DNA from: a virus
Taxonomy: Duplodnaviria > Caudoviricetes
Reading direction: 5' to 3' (one strand)
DNA: 33,439 nt
IMG/VR virus record: IMGVR_UViG_3300037116_000086
Coordinates: 1-33,439 of that record
Of the stretch, positions 1-9,409 are shown piece by piece. Every line of letters begins with the position of its first letter. The first letter of the stretch is position 1. The notes under the pieces are model-generated. The model did not search any database and was not told the DNA's origin. It was given only the letters and a program-made list of their open reading frames with translations. A program made the position numbers and the translations under genes.

Positions 1-2
1 AC

Positions 3-1160
3 ACGGCTGGCAAGCACTACGACGACTCTTGGCAGCAGTTCGGTGCCGCCCAAGACAACGCTTCAGCAAAGGTCACCAAGGCTGGCGACGCCGCTGATGC
101 CTCCTGGCAGAAGTTCGGGGCCGCGCAGGACAACGCATCAGCAAAGGTCACCAAGGCCGGCGATGCTGCCGACTCCTCTTGGCAGGTATTCGGCGGCGTA
201 GCCAAAAACGCATCGGCTGCCACCACGGCGGCCGGCAACGCTGCTGACGCTGCTTGGCAGAAGTTCGGCGGCGTTGCCGGCACGGTCGCCACTGCGGCCA
301 CGAACCTCCAAGCGAAACTCAACGGTGCAGTCCAGGCTCTTCTTGAGCAGAACAAGGTCGCTGACACAGTCTCCCAAATGCTGAAGGATATGGGCATCAC
401 GGGGCAGACCGCGACCAACGCCATAACGGATCTGACCCCAGCGATCACGGGCTTCTCGACTACGACCGACCTCACCGCAGGGCAATTGAAGGCACTGACG
501 GTGCAGGGAGGCCTGACCACGGCCCAATTGCAAGAGATCCACGATACCGCCCATCTCACCGCAGCGCAGATGACGGCGCTGTCGGCCAGCACCGGGCTGA
601 CCAAGGGCGAGATCGACATACTGCGGGGCAGCGTCGCGCCGACGGGCGTTGAGCTGGCCATCCTAGAAGCCCAGACCGGGCTTACCGCTGCTCAGATCAA
701 ATTATTGATGACCCACACCCAGCTCACCTGGCCCCAACTCCAAAATCTGGCGAAGCAGGCCTTGGCGGCAGCGCAGGCGGCGCAGAACATGGCGGGCAGC
801 GTTAACGGCTTCGTCAGCGCGGCCACGGTAGCCGCACAGCAACTCATCACGGGAACGGGACAGGCCGAGCAAACCCTTATCCACATGCACGCCGCCGGAG
901 GGAGCGACTCGGTGGTCGGCGGCGTGCCCTACATCGTGGGCGAGAAGGGCCCGGAGTTGCGGGTCTTCAACCAGGGCGGCGCCATCATCCCGGCGGGCAA
1001 GTTCCGCACCGCTGCGGGCGGGGCGGGGAACCTGAACCTGCTGGGGCGCCTCGGCTTGGGCAGCGACCGAGGTGAGGGGATCCTAGCCGAGTTGCAGGCC
1101 ATGCACAAGACCCTGAAGGACCAGCCGCGTAAGCAGATGATCGCGATGAGGAAGGCCTAA
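3..1160 (+). CDS. Tape measure protein, C-terminal part (5' end lies outside the window)
   Basis: Frame is open from nt 3, upstream of the 378 ATG. Ala-rich helical sequence with 25-aa Trp-spaced repeats (WQxFGAAQDNASAKVTKAGDAADxS). C-terminal 'AAGG..V.GGVPYIVGEKGPEL..F...G.IIP' motif is typical of TMP ends. Tail genes follow. Confidence 0.88.
   Translation, partial: TAGKHYDDSWQQFGAAQDNASAKVTKAGDAADASWQKFGAAQDNASAKVTKAGDAADSSWQVFGGVAKNASAATTAAGNAADAAWQKFGGVAGTVATAATNLQAKLNGAVQALLEQNKVADTVSQMLKDMGITGQTATNAITDLTPAITGFSTTTDLTAGQLKALTVQGGLTTAQLQEIHDTAHLTAAQMTALSASTGLTKGEIDILRGSVAPTGVELAILEAQTGLTAAQIKLLMTHTQLTWPQLQNLAKQALAAAQAAQNMAGSVNGFVSAATVAAQQLITGTGQAEQTLIHMHAAGGSDSVVGGVPYIVGEKGPELRVFNQGGAIIPAGKFRTAAGGAGNLNLLGRLGLGSDRGEGILAELQAMHKTLKDQPRKQMIAMRKA
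30..280 (+). repeat. 75-bp (25-aa) tandem repeats in TMP, about 3.5 copies
   Basis: tggcag..gttcgg recurs at 30, 105, 180 and 255; gacaacgc.tcagcaaaggtcaccaaggc occurs twice. Confidence 0.85.
471..764 (+). repeat. Seven 14-aa repeats (LTxxQLxxLxxxxx) in TMP
   Basis: LTAGQLKALTVQGG/LTTAQLQEIHDTAH/LTAAQMTALSASTG/LTKGEIDILRGSVA/PTGVELAILEAQTG/LTAAQIKLLMTHTQ/LTWPQLQNLAKQAL. Confidence 0.8.
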
Positions 1161-1585
1161 TGGCATCAGTCGATCTCGCGCTGGTGTGGATTTACAACGT
1201 CGCCGATCCCAGCAACGCCATCTCGGCCGGGTCGATGGGGTCGATGGGCACCAGTTCCAGCTCGGGTAGCTCCACCGCTCTGGTGCGTAGCGACGTCACG
1301 ACCAGCACCGGCGCGGCCCGGCTCTATGCCAACGGCAACGTCCGCTGGGTCTCGACCGTGGGCACGGCCGAGGTCTACTCATGCACCCTTCGAGCTCTGA
1401 GCGCGGCCCAGGTCACCCTGCTGAAGAGTTGGATAGGTCAGACCTGCCTGCTCCGCGATCGCCTCGCGGGGCGCCAACTCTGGGGTTCATTCCCCGCCGT
1501 CGCGGTGGGAGATTACATGGGAGGCAATCAGTACCACGATGCCTCCTTCACGTTCAGCGTCCTCAGTTATACGGATCAGGTCTGA
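1160..1585 (+). CDS. Minor tail protein (distal-tail-like by position)
   Basis: TAATG overlap with the TMP stop; 141 aa; immediately downstream of TMP. Confidence 0.6.
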   Translation: MASVDLALVWIYNVADPSNAISAGSMGSMGTSSSSGSSTALVRSDVTTSTGAARLYANGNVRWVSTVGTAEVYSCTLRALSAAQVTLLKSWIGQTCLLRDRLAGRQLWGSFPAVAVGDYMGGNQYHDASFTFSVLSYTDQV

Positions 1586-1586
1586 A

Positions 1587-4136
1587 GTGCAGCCCTTCTC
1601 AACTCCCCCAGGTGCCGGCTGGAAGGCCGGGGTCTCGCCTAGCCTGTACTCGCCCGCCCAGGTAACCGCTCTCCTGCAGGCGACGAACCTGACCACGCAG
1701 CCCGGAATGGATCTCATGGACGCCGACAACAACTGGCTGGCGGACATCTCCCCGAACTTGGTCAGTTGGGACGTTGAGTACGACTGCACCTCGACCGTCC
1801 AGGGAACGGGGACCTTCGTAGTGGCGCAGGAGCTGCAGGGTGGTTGGCAGCGGGTTCGTCCTTACCAGCTGCTCAGCGGCGCCGGACTGAAGAATGTGCG
1901 CTGGGATCTCGGGGTCTACCTGCTGACCACCCCGGAACTGGAGTTGAGCCAAAAGCCGGGGACGTACACCATCGACGGCTCCAGCCTGATCTACCTCTTG
2001 CAGAACCAGATCGGTGACACCTACACCGTCACCGCCGGAACCAGCTACCTTCGTGCGGTTTCGGCGGTGATTCAGGCGGCGGGAGTTACTGGCGCGCAGA
2101 TCCTGATCGACCAGACGAAAGCGGGGCTGCAGGTCCCCAACGATCTCGTCTGGGCACTCACGGGCGACACGGGGTCGGCCTACGGTGGCTCAGGAGGCGG
2201 CAGCACCACCGCATACCTCGACGTCGCCAACCAGCTCCTGGCGGCGATCGCCTACATCCCGCTCTGGGCCGACTGGGAGGGAAACTACCGCTCCTCGCCC
2301 TACATCCCGCCGTCGGACCTGGCCTCTGAGTTCACCTTCGACCTGACCCAACTCAAGGGGGTGATGGTGAGCGATCCCCGGCAGTGGACCAACGAGCTCT
2401 GGCAGGCCTTCAACTGGTGGCGCTACCTCAACTCGAACGTCACGGGCGCGGTTGAGGGCGCAGGCCAATACACTTACATCAACGAGAGCTCTGGCCCATC
2501 GTCGGTCTCGGCGGTGAAACGGGAGGTCCGCAACGTGGTCACGGTCGCGTCTCCTGACCAGCCGACCCTGGCCGGGGTGGCGACCCAGGCCATCGCCCAG
2601 GCACTTCAGGCGACGTCGAGCCTAGCCGTCAAGGTCTCCCCCTTCCCCGCTGCTGGGAACTTTGATATGTTCACCTACAAGGACGCGGCGATGCCCGACG
2701 GGCAGAACGACGTGCTCGTCCAGTCGCAGGGCTGGTCGATCTCCTCCGACGGGTCGGACGGGTCGCAGACGTGGGAGGTCGTCGGCCCGATCGGTGCCCC
2801 GGCCGTCGCCCCGGTGCCTGGCCCGGTCGTCGGCCCGGTCCTCGCATCCCTGTCGATCACCACGGGCTCGCTCCCGGGCGGCACGGTCAGCGATGGGTAC
2901 TCGACGACCATCGCTGCCACTGGGGGCTTGACCCCCTACGTCTGGACGGTAAGTTCCGGGTCCCTTCCAGCCGGGCTCACGCTCTCACCCTCGGGGGCGC
3001 TCTCCGGTACCCCCACGGCCTCGGGGACTTCGAGCTTCACCATCCTGGTGACCGACTCCACCTCTCCGTCTGCCGAGACCGCATCAGTGGGCTTCTCGAT
3101 CGTGGTCGCTGCCGCTCCTGTCTCTCTGTCGATCACGACGGGTTCCCTGCCCGGCGTGACGGTCAGCGATGCGTACTCGGCAACCTTCGCCGCAACGGGA
3201 GGGACGACCCCCTACGCCTGGGCGGTCGCGTCGGGCTCGCTTCCGACGGGACTCTCGCTTTCGTCCGCAGGTGTGATCTCCGGCACGCCGAGCACCACCG
3301 GCACGTCCACCTTCACCGTTCGCGTGACCGACTCCAGCACCCCGACTGCCAAGACCGCGACGGCGAGCTTCTCCATCGTGGTCTCCGCAGCCTCAGCCAC
3401 TACCCTGCTGGGCATCTTCGTGTCCGACATGCAGGCATCCGACGAGGAGGCGGCTGCGACTGCCCTTGGCGTTACGGCCACCGTCATCACCCAGTACGGC
3501 AACAACTCCTCGCCCTACAACTACTCCGCTCCCTCGGGCCTTGGGACCAAGCGGCTGGTGGTCGGCCTGGGGGCGATGTCGTCCGCAGTCGCCACCACCG
3601 TAGCCGAGAACCTCGTCTCGACCGGAAACGCGAACGCGATCATTCGATTGATGTGGGAAATGAACGGAAACTGGTACGCTTGGGGCACCTCTGGAGGCTC
3701 GCTGGGCTGGACCGGAGCCCAGTACGTCACCCAATGGATCACGATTCGCGAGGCGATGATGGCTGTCTCCGGCGCAGAGTTCCAGTTCCTGTGGAATATG
3801 AACGGCACCAGCGCGGGCAGCATCCCGACCGCTTCCTATCCTGGCTCCGCCTACGTCGACATCATCGGCACGGACCAGTACAGCTACGGGGGGTATGCCT
3901 CCAACCTTGCGGGAGCAGTCGCCTACGCCCAGGCGCAGGGCAAGCCGTTTGCAATCGGGGAGTGGGGCTGCGCGACAGGTGGGGGCCAGACAGGCGACGA
4001 CCCCGCCTACATCAACACCGTGGCCGGGATCATCAAGAACCCTGCCAACAACTGCGTGTTGCAGATGTACTTCTCCGACCCGAGCATCAGCGGCTTCCCC
4101 AACGCCGAAGCCGCCTACAAGGCCGCGTTCGGCTGA
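1587..4136 (+). CDS. Tail hub/baseplate protein with two putative Ig (He_PIG-like) domains and a C-terminal GH26 glycoside hydrolase
   Basis: Likely GTG start at 1587. N-terminal ~400 aa resemble a tail hub. Two 'LSITTGSLP..TV...YS.T.AATGG.TPY.W.V.SGSLP.GL.LS.SG..SGTP...GTS.FT..VTDS' repeats. GH26 motifs IRLMWEMNGNWYAW, YPGSAYVDIIGTDQY and GKPFAIGEWG. Confidence 0.85.
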   Translation: MQPFSTPPGAGWKAGVSPSLYSPAQVTALLQATNLTTQPGMDLMDADNNWLADISPNLVSWDVEYDCTSTVQGTGTFVVAQELQGGWQRVRPYQLLSGAGLKNVRWDLGVYLLTTPELELSQKPGTYTIDGSSLIYLLQNQIGDTYTVTAGTSYLRAVSAVIQAAGVTGAQILIDQTKAGLQVPNDLVWALTGDTGSAYGGSGGGSTTAYLDVANQLLAAIAYIPLWADWEGNYRSSPYIPPSDLASEFTFDLTQLKGVMVSDPRQWTNELWQAFNWWRYLNSNVTGAVEGAGQYTYINESSGPSSVSAVKREVRNVVTVASPDQPTLAGVATQAIAQALQATSSLAVKVSPFPAAGNFDMFTYKDAAMPDGQNDVLVQSQGWSISSDGSDGSQTWEVVGPIGAPAVAPVPGPVVGPVLASLSITTGSLPGGTVSDGYSTTIAATGGLTPYVWTVSSGSLPAGLTLSPSGALSGTPTASGTSSFTILVTDSTSPSAETASVGFSIVVAAAPVSLSITTGSLPGVTVSDAYSATFAATGGTTPYAWAVASGSLPTGLSLSSAGVISGTPSTTGTSTFTVRVTDSSTPTAKTATASFSIVVSAASATTLLGIFVSDMQASDEEAAATALGVTATVITQYGNNSSPYNYSAPSGLGTKRLVVGLGAMSSAVATTVAENLVSTGNANAIIRLMWEMNGNWYAWGTSGGSLGWTGAQYVTQWITIREAMMAVSGAEFQFLWNMNGTSAGSIPTASYPGSAYVDIIGTDQYSYGGYASNLAGAVAYAQAQGKPFAIGEWGCATGGGQTGDDPAYINTVAGIIKNPANNCVLQMYFSDPSISGFPNAEAAYKAAFG

Positions 4137-4336
4137 TGGCAAACGACGCAAATCCGACCCAGCACACCCGGGGGGTCGTGACCCACGTCTCGCCGCTGCG
4201 AGTGCGCCTGGAGGGAGCGACGACGGACTCCAGCTCCAAGTACACGGGGTCCTACAGCCCGGTCCTGGGTGACGTGGTCGCGGTCGTCGCCTTTTACATG
4301 GGCACCATCCTGACTCTGGGCAAGGAGGAGGGCTGA
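4136..4336 (+). CDS. Small tail-tip protein (OB-fold/spike-like), 66 aa
   Basis: TGATG overlaps at both ends; MANDANPTQHTRGVVTHVSPLRVRLEG...YSPVLGDVVAVV resembles small baseplate OB-fold proteins. Confidence 0.6.
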   Translation: MANDANPTQHTRGVVTHVSPLRVRLEGATTDSSSKYTGSYSPVLGDVVAVVAFYMGTILTLGKEEG

Positions 4337-6552
4337 TGGCCGGCAAACCGATAGTAGCCACCCTGGCTGCCGGGACCGTTAACGCCACCTCTGCCAACAT
4401 CTTCGGCGAGGTCAATCCCAACGGGCTGCAGACCAACGCGATCTTCGAGTGGTCGGAAAGTGATTTCACGCCGAGCCAGATTGGTGGGACGGCGGGCACG
4501 ACCGTCACTCCCAACTTCGCCGTGGCGGGTGGGACTTCAACGGTCCAGTACGGCGCGGTGCTCACCGGCCTGCAACCCGGCACCACCTACTACTACTGCG
4601 CCTACTGCGGCAACTCGGATGGGGTGGCTGCTGGAAGTCAGGTAGTCTCTTTCACAACCCCCAGCGGCACCCCAACCAGTTGCGAGACCAGCGAGGCCGA
4701 CGGCGTCACCACCACCTCCGCTACCCTCATAGGCACGATCACGCCTGGCGGTGGTGCCGCCGGCAACTACGTATTCCTCTACGGGACCACCGTCCTTAAC
4801 CAGTATTCGACTCCCGAAGTAGGTTACTCAAGTAGTGGTGGTGGCGTTTCCGCAATCATCACCGGCCTCGTCCCCAATACCACTTATCAATTTGAATTGC
4901 AGGTGTTCCCTGGCACAAACGGCGGCCCGTCCGCCGTCGGCGGCATCGTGTCGCTCACAACGCTGCCTCTGGCGACCCCGTCCGTATCCGACGAGCCCGC
5001 TACGGCAATCACCGAGAGCACGGCTACGCTCGGAGCCAGCCTGAACCCCAATGGCCTGGCCACCAACGGCTACTTCCAATGGGGTCTCACCGCTGGTTAC
5101 GGCTACACGACGGTCACTCAGAGCGAGGGCAGCGGTACCCAGCTCGTTTACTTCAGTCAGGCCATAAGCGGGCTGGCAGCCAACACCACCTACTACTACC
5201 GTTCCGTTGCAGTCAGCGCCGGCGGGACCGTGTACGGCGAGGGCAGTTCCTTCACCACCCCGACGTACCCGCCCCCGACTGTCAACACCTCAGAGGCCCT
5301 GGCGATCACCCAGACCTCGGCCACGCTCTGGGGCACCCTGAACCCCGAGGGCATAGCTACGCAGGGCTACTTCCGGTGGGGACTCACGCCCGGCTACGGC
5401 AATACGACGGCCAACCAGAATGAGGGCAGCGGCAGTAGTTCTGAGAACTTCAGCCAAGCGATAACCGGGCTGACTCCGAACACCACCTACTACTACGTCG
5501 CCGTCGGGACCAATGCGGGCGGGACCGCATACGACTCGGGCAGCTCCTTCACCACTGCGGCGATCCCGCCGCCCACGGTCACGACCGATGCCGCTACTGG
5601 GATCACCTCGAACTCGGCGATCCTCCAAGGCACGCTGAACCCCGAGGGGCTGGACAGCCAGGGCTTCTTCCAGTGGGGACTCACGCCCGGCTACGGCAAT
5701 ACGACGGCCAACCAGAATGAGGGCAGCGGGACCACGGGTGTTCCGTTCAGCCAGATCATCACCGGCCTGCAGCCCAGCACCGCTTACTACTTCCAGGCTC
5801 TTGGAACCAGCGTCGAAGGAAGCGGAAACGGCGCGGGCCTCTCCTTCACTACGATGGCGCTTCCGACTGTGCCCTACGCGCCCATCGGGCTCAGTCCCTC
5901 CAGCGGCACGATCGACCTCACCCAGGCCCAGACCCTCTCGTGGTCAGCGTTCTCGTCTCCGATCGAAGGGGACGTGCAGGCCAGCTTCAGCGGCCAGTGG
6001 AGTAGCGACGCCGGATCGACGTGGCACACTTTCATCGGCACGACCGCCGACGCTATCGTGATCGCAGCCAACAACTTCCCTGCTGGAGAGATTCAGTGGC
6101 AGGTAGAGGTGACCGGGACCTCTGGCTTTACAAGTCCCTACTCGGCCCTGGCCTACTTCCTAGCGGCCACGACCTCGACGACCCCGGTGATCACCTCACC
6201 CACCCAAGGGGCCACCGTGCTGACCAATCCCGGCGTAGTCACTTGGACAGATAGCGGCCATACGGACTACGAGGTCAGGACCGTTGGCGACCTCCTGGGG
6301 CTGCCCAATCCTGCAGACCTCCTTTACGACTCTGGAGACGTGCCGAATTCGAGCGCCGTCCAGTCGGCCTCGGTGCCGCTCATCAACAACATCACCGAGC
6401 ACATCCAGGTTCGGATCATGGAGACTGGCCTCTGGAGCGCCTACGCCGACGTCCTGGTCGTGGTCGCTTACCCGGTTCCCGATGCACCAACCCTGACCTT
6501 GACCCCTGACCCCACCACAGCCTCGATCACGGTGGTGATCAGCAATGCCTAG
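4336..6552 (+). CDS. Fibronectin type III-repeat minor tail protein
   Basis: About five ~99-aa repeats 'IT.TSATL.G.LNP.G..T..YF.WG.T..YG.TT.....I.GL..NTTYYY..VA....GT.YG...SFTT', followed by further beta-sandwich domains. Confidence 0.85.
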   Translation: MAGKPIVATLAAGTVNATSANIFGEVNPNGLQTNAIFEWSESDFTPSQIGGTAGTTVTPNFAVAGGTSTVQYGAVLTGLQPGTTYYYCAYCGNSDGVAAGSQVVSFTTPSGTPTSCETSEADGVTTTSATLIGTITPGGGAAGNYVFLYGTTVLNQYSTPEVGYSSSGGGVSAIITGLVPNTTYQFELQVFPGTNGGPSAVGGIVSLTTLPLATPSVSDEPATAITESTATLGASLNPNGLATNGYFQWGLTAGYGYTTVTQSEGSGTQLVYFSQAISGLAANTTYYYRSVAVSAGGTVYGEGSSFTTPTYPPPTVNTSEALAITQTSATLWGTLNPEGIATQGYFRWGLTPGYGNTTANQNEGSGSSSENFSQAITGLTPNTTYYYVAVGTNAGGTAYDSGSSFTTAAIPPPTVTTDAATGITSNSAILQGTLNPEGLDSQGFFQWGLTPGYGNTTANQNEGSGTTGVPFSQIITGLQPSTAYYFQALGTSVEGSGNGAGLSFTTMALPTVPYAPIGLSPSSGTIDLTQAQTLSWSAFSSPIEGDVQASFSGQWSSDAGSTWHTFIGTTADAIVIAANNFPAGEIQWQVEVTGTSGFTSPYSALAYFLAATTSTTPVITSPTQGATVLTNPGVVTWTDSGHTDYEVRTVGDLLGLPNPADLLYDSGDVPNSSAVQSASVPLINNITEHIQVRIMETGLWSAYADVLVVVAYPVPDAPTLTLTPDPTTASITVVISNA
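5376..5729 (+). repeat. Perfect 57-bp direct repeat between adjacent FN3 units (5376-5432 and 5673-5729)
   Basis: gtggggactcacgcccggctacggcaatacgacggccaaccagaatgagggcagcgg occurs twice, 297 bp apart. Confidence 0.9.
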
Positions 6553-7663
6553 CATCACCGCAGTCGGCAGTGCGGCCACAGGCTCCGGCACCTCCCTCGC
6601 CGTCGATCCGACCGCTGTAGGCGACGTGCTGGTCCTGTGGGCCAGCAGTCAGGACCTCGCGGGACCGGCCCCGGTTACGGCGGTTAGCGGTGGCGGCGTC
6701 ACGACCTGGGTCGAGCTTATCAGCTACATGCCGACCTACTACGGCGTCTCAATATGGTTTGGGCGTATCACGACTTCTGGGCCTGGGACGATCGCCGTCA
6801 CTACGTCAGGCAGCGTCGAAGAGCTGGCTGCTCAGCAGTTCTCGGTGGGCACTCCGGCTACCTGGGCGGCGGACGGCAGCGGTGCAAGTGCTATATCCGG
6901 CGCAGCCTCCGGTTACTATCCCTCGGTAACTCCCTCGGCATCCGGCGAACTTTATCTCGGAGCCGCGCAGCTATACCATGAAGGCGGAGGCTCGACGGCT
7001 GGCTTCGTATACACGAACTCCGCCCCCTCCTCTTCTGAGGCTACTCAGTTCGTCTATAACCTGAGCGCGCCGTCGCCATCGGCCCCGGCGTGGACCGCGG
7101 TCTCTGGGGGCACTTCCTGGCTCGTCTCGGCGTTACTGGCGGCAACGCCCCAGAACGTCTACGGCACAGCTACGGTCTCCCTCGGTGCGCTCAGCGTCAC
7201 CGCGCGTGGCACCTTCGCTCCGCTCATCGAGGGCACGGCGAGCGTCGCCTTGGGGGCACTCAGTGTTCAGGCGACCGGCGTATCTACCGCGCTCGGCTCC
7301 GCGACCGTCTCAATTGGTGCCCTGTCGGTAGTAGCGACCACTGGCACTCGGGTCGTCTACGGCACTGTTTCGGTCGAGCTGGGCGCGCTAAGCGTGGTGG
7401 CAACCGGCGCGGTGAAGGGAATCGTCTACGGCACTGCGGCGGTCACGCTCGGCGCGCTCAGCCTCACGGTGGCCAACGCGCTCTACAACGACCTCTACCG
7501 CTTCGTCACTTCGGAGGGGCCAGCGACGGCATATCGAATCGCCACCAACTTGCCCAAGAACGCCACTTACGTTGACTACACCCCGGCTTCGGGGGTTGAC
7601 TACAGCTTCTATTGTGTCGCCGTCGGGCCGATGGGCAGCACCCAGGGGGTAGCCCAGAGCTGA
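6545..7663 (+). CDS. Minor tail protein with five G(T/S)AxVxLGALSVxAxG repeats and a C-terminal FN3-like half-domain
   Basis: Beta-rich Ser/Thr/Ala protein in the tail module; repeats at ~7160-7470; ends YNDLYR...RIATNLP..ATYVDYTPASGVDYSFYCVAVG. Confidence 0.7.
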   Translation: MPSITAVGSAATGSGTSLAVDPTAVGDVLVLWASSQDLAGPAPVTAVSGGGVTTWVELISYMPTYYGVSIWFGRITTSGPGTIAVTTSGSVEELAAQQFSVGTPATWAADGSGASAISGAASGYYPSVTPSASGELYLGAAQLYHEGGGSTAGFVYTNSAPSSSEATQFVYNLSAPSPSAPAWTAVSGGTSWLVSALLAATPQNVYGTATVSLGALSVTARGTFAPLIEGTASVALGALSVQATGVSTALGSATVSIGALSVVATTGTRVVYGTVSVELGALSVVATGAVKGIVYGTAAVTLGALSLTVANALYNDLYRFVTSEGPATAYRIATNLPKNATYVDYTPASGVDYSFYCVAVGPMGSTQGVAQS

Positions 7664-7719
7664 TGGAATCGGTCATCTGCGTTAAAATGGGCGCCGAGGG
7701 CGCTCGAAAGGAGTAACTA

Positions 7720-8115
7720 GTGGCAGCTGGCATCTCGGCCACCGTGGCCAACGCCCTTCTGGCGTCCATCCTGAACGGCACCGCCTTCACGGCCTACGGG
7801 CCATTGTTCGTCCAGCTTCACGTTGGCTCCCCTGGATCGGCCGGGACCGCCAATATCGCGGGCGAGACCCTCCGGGTGACCACCGGGTCGTCCCCGTTCT
7901 CCGCTCCGGCAGGTGGGTCCACCACGAGCGCCAACGCGGTGGCCTGGACCGGCGTGAGCACCACCGAGACCTATACCTACGTCACTTTCTGGTCCGCTCT
8001 CACGGGTGGGGTGTTCATTGCCTCTGGCACGATCACCTCGACTGCCGTGACTGCGGGCGGAAACTTCACAATCCCGGCTGGGGATATCGCGGTGGCGATC
8101 CCCTGTGCAGCATAG
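7720..8115 (+). CDS. Virion structural protein (tail fibre/decoration-like family)
   Basis: AAAGGAG RBS and GTG start; 'ANALL..ILNG.....LFVQLH.GSPG.AGT.N...ET.R....S.P..GS..S.N.V.W' pattern is common in actinophage-like structural modules. Confidence 0.65.
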   Translation: MAAGISATVANALLASILNGTAFTAYGPLFVQLHVGSPGSAGTANIAGETLRVTTGSSPFSAPAGGSTTSANAVAWTGVSTTETYTYVTFWSALTGGVFIASGTITSTAVTAGGNFTIPAGDIAVAIPCAA

Positions 8116-8137
8116 ACAGCTGGGGAGGTTGAACTAG

Positions 8138-9409
8138 ATGGCAACAGCAGTCGTCACGGCGGTGGAGCAGGACCCAGGCGAGAATCTGCTGGCTGGCGTC
8201 CAAGTTTCCGCAACCCTATACCCTCCGGGGCTCCTCTGCTATGGCCCCGGAGGCCAGTTGCTCGAATACATCACCCAGAGCACCGTCTCGAACTCGTCCG
8301 GGGCCTGGTCGCTGACGCTTGAGCGGACCGACACGATCGCTCCGGCAGGGATGGTCTACCTCGTCACCCGCAGTATGGGTGGGGTCATCTTCCCGCCGGT
8401 CTCGATCACCGTCCCTTCTGGCGGGGGGGTGTTCCAGGACCTCTGGACCTCGACTCCCGGCCCGGTCCCTCCCGGCTCCGGTCCTACTGGACCTCCCGGT
8501 AGCTTCGCGCTGGAGGGCGCTTGGTCAAGCACCACGCCCTACCTAGAAGGCGCCCTCGTCACCTACGAAGGCACCCTGTACCTGTGCTCCAACGCGAACA
8601 CGGATGAGATCCCGACCAATACTGCCTACTGGGACGCCTTCGGCGGCGCGAACCTTGTCGACTCGGTCAACTCCCAGACGGGAGCCGTGGTGCTCACGGC
8701 CTCGGAGGTCGGAGCAGACGCCTCGGGTGCGGCTGCGACTGCCCAGTCCACTGCGGAGAGCTTCGCCACCTCGGCCGTAGGCACGGAGACGAGCCGGGCC
8801 GAGACCGCCGAGGGCTTGCTTGCCCCCAAGGCGTCTCCGGCGCTGACCGGAACGCCTACAGCACCAACGGCCACGGCACTCACCAATACGACTCAGCTTG
8901 CCACCACGGCCTTTGACACCGCTGCAGTAGCTGTCGAGCTGACTCGTGCCGAAGCCGCTGAGGCACTCCTGGCTCCGCTGGCATCGCCAGCCTTGACGGG
9001 TACGCCCACCGCGCCCACTAAGTCGGCACTTACTAACAACACGGACCTCGCCACCACGGCCTACGCCGACACCGCTGTAGGCACGGAGACGAGCCGGGCC
9101 GAGACCGCCGAGGGATTGCTCGCCCCAAAGGCGTCTCCGGCGCTGACTCGATCGCCACGGCGGTCGCCGACCTGCTGGACAACGAGAGCGGCGTTGTCAA
9201 TCAGGGGCTCGACTGGGCTGGCCTGCTGGCCGCGCTGGAGGGATATTCCGACGTCGTGGCATACACGACCTGGGCGGACACGACCTATGGCACCCCGGTC
9301 ACCAACCCCGCCCCGGCTGTATTTATTCAGACCATCCTGCCTGCCGGAATGCTGGCAGGCGGGGAATCCACCGGCAACGGCGGCACCACCTCAACCGGCG
9401 AGGCCCTGA
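8138..9409 (+). CDS. Tail fibre protein with CBM5/12-like module and APKASPALTGTPTAPT repeats; sequence stops looking like protein after ~9147
   Basis: GGGGAGG RBS; GAWSSTTPYLEGALVTYEGTLYLC...PTNTAYW resembles chitin-binding CBM5/12; VDSVNSQTGAVVL fibre motif; 50-aa repeats. The last ~85 aa look like an off-frame read of the next coding region. Confidence 0.75.
   Translation: MATAVVTAVEQDPGENLLAGVQVSATLYPPGLLCYGPGGQLLEYITQSTVSNSSGAWSLTLERTDTIAPAGMVYLVTRSMGGVIFPPVSITVPSGGGVFQDLWTSTPGPVPPGSGPTGPPGSFALEGAWSSTTPYLEGALVTYEGTLYLCSNANTDEIPTNTAYWDAFGGANLVDSVNSQTGAVVLTASEVGADASGAAATAQSTAESFATSAVGTETSRAETAEGLLAPKASPALTGTPTAPTATALTNTTQLATTAFDTAAVAVELTRAEAAEALLAPLASPALTGTPTAPTKSALTNNTDLATTAYADTAVGTETSRAETAEGLLAPKASPALTRSPRRSPTCWTTRAALSIRGSTGLACWPRWRDIPTSWHTRPGRTRPMAPRSPTPPRLYLFRPSCLPECWQAGNPPATAAPPQPARP
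8777..9147 (+). repeat. 150-bp (50-aa) fibre repeats, 2.5 copies; copies 1 and 3 are nearly identical
   Basis: gtaggcacggagacgagccgggccgagaccgccgaggg at 8777 and 9077; similarity ends abruptly at 9147. Confidence 0.9.

Noticed and set aside
2771-4135. 521-aa ORF 2771-4336 and other long overlapping or antisense ORFs (e.g. 3393-4586, 16735-17826, 24243-25475, 32078-32965)
   Set aside because: Arg/Pro/Gly-rich shadow frames of GC-rich genes. Only the last 66 aa (4136-4336) of the first looks real.
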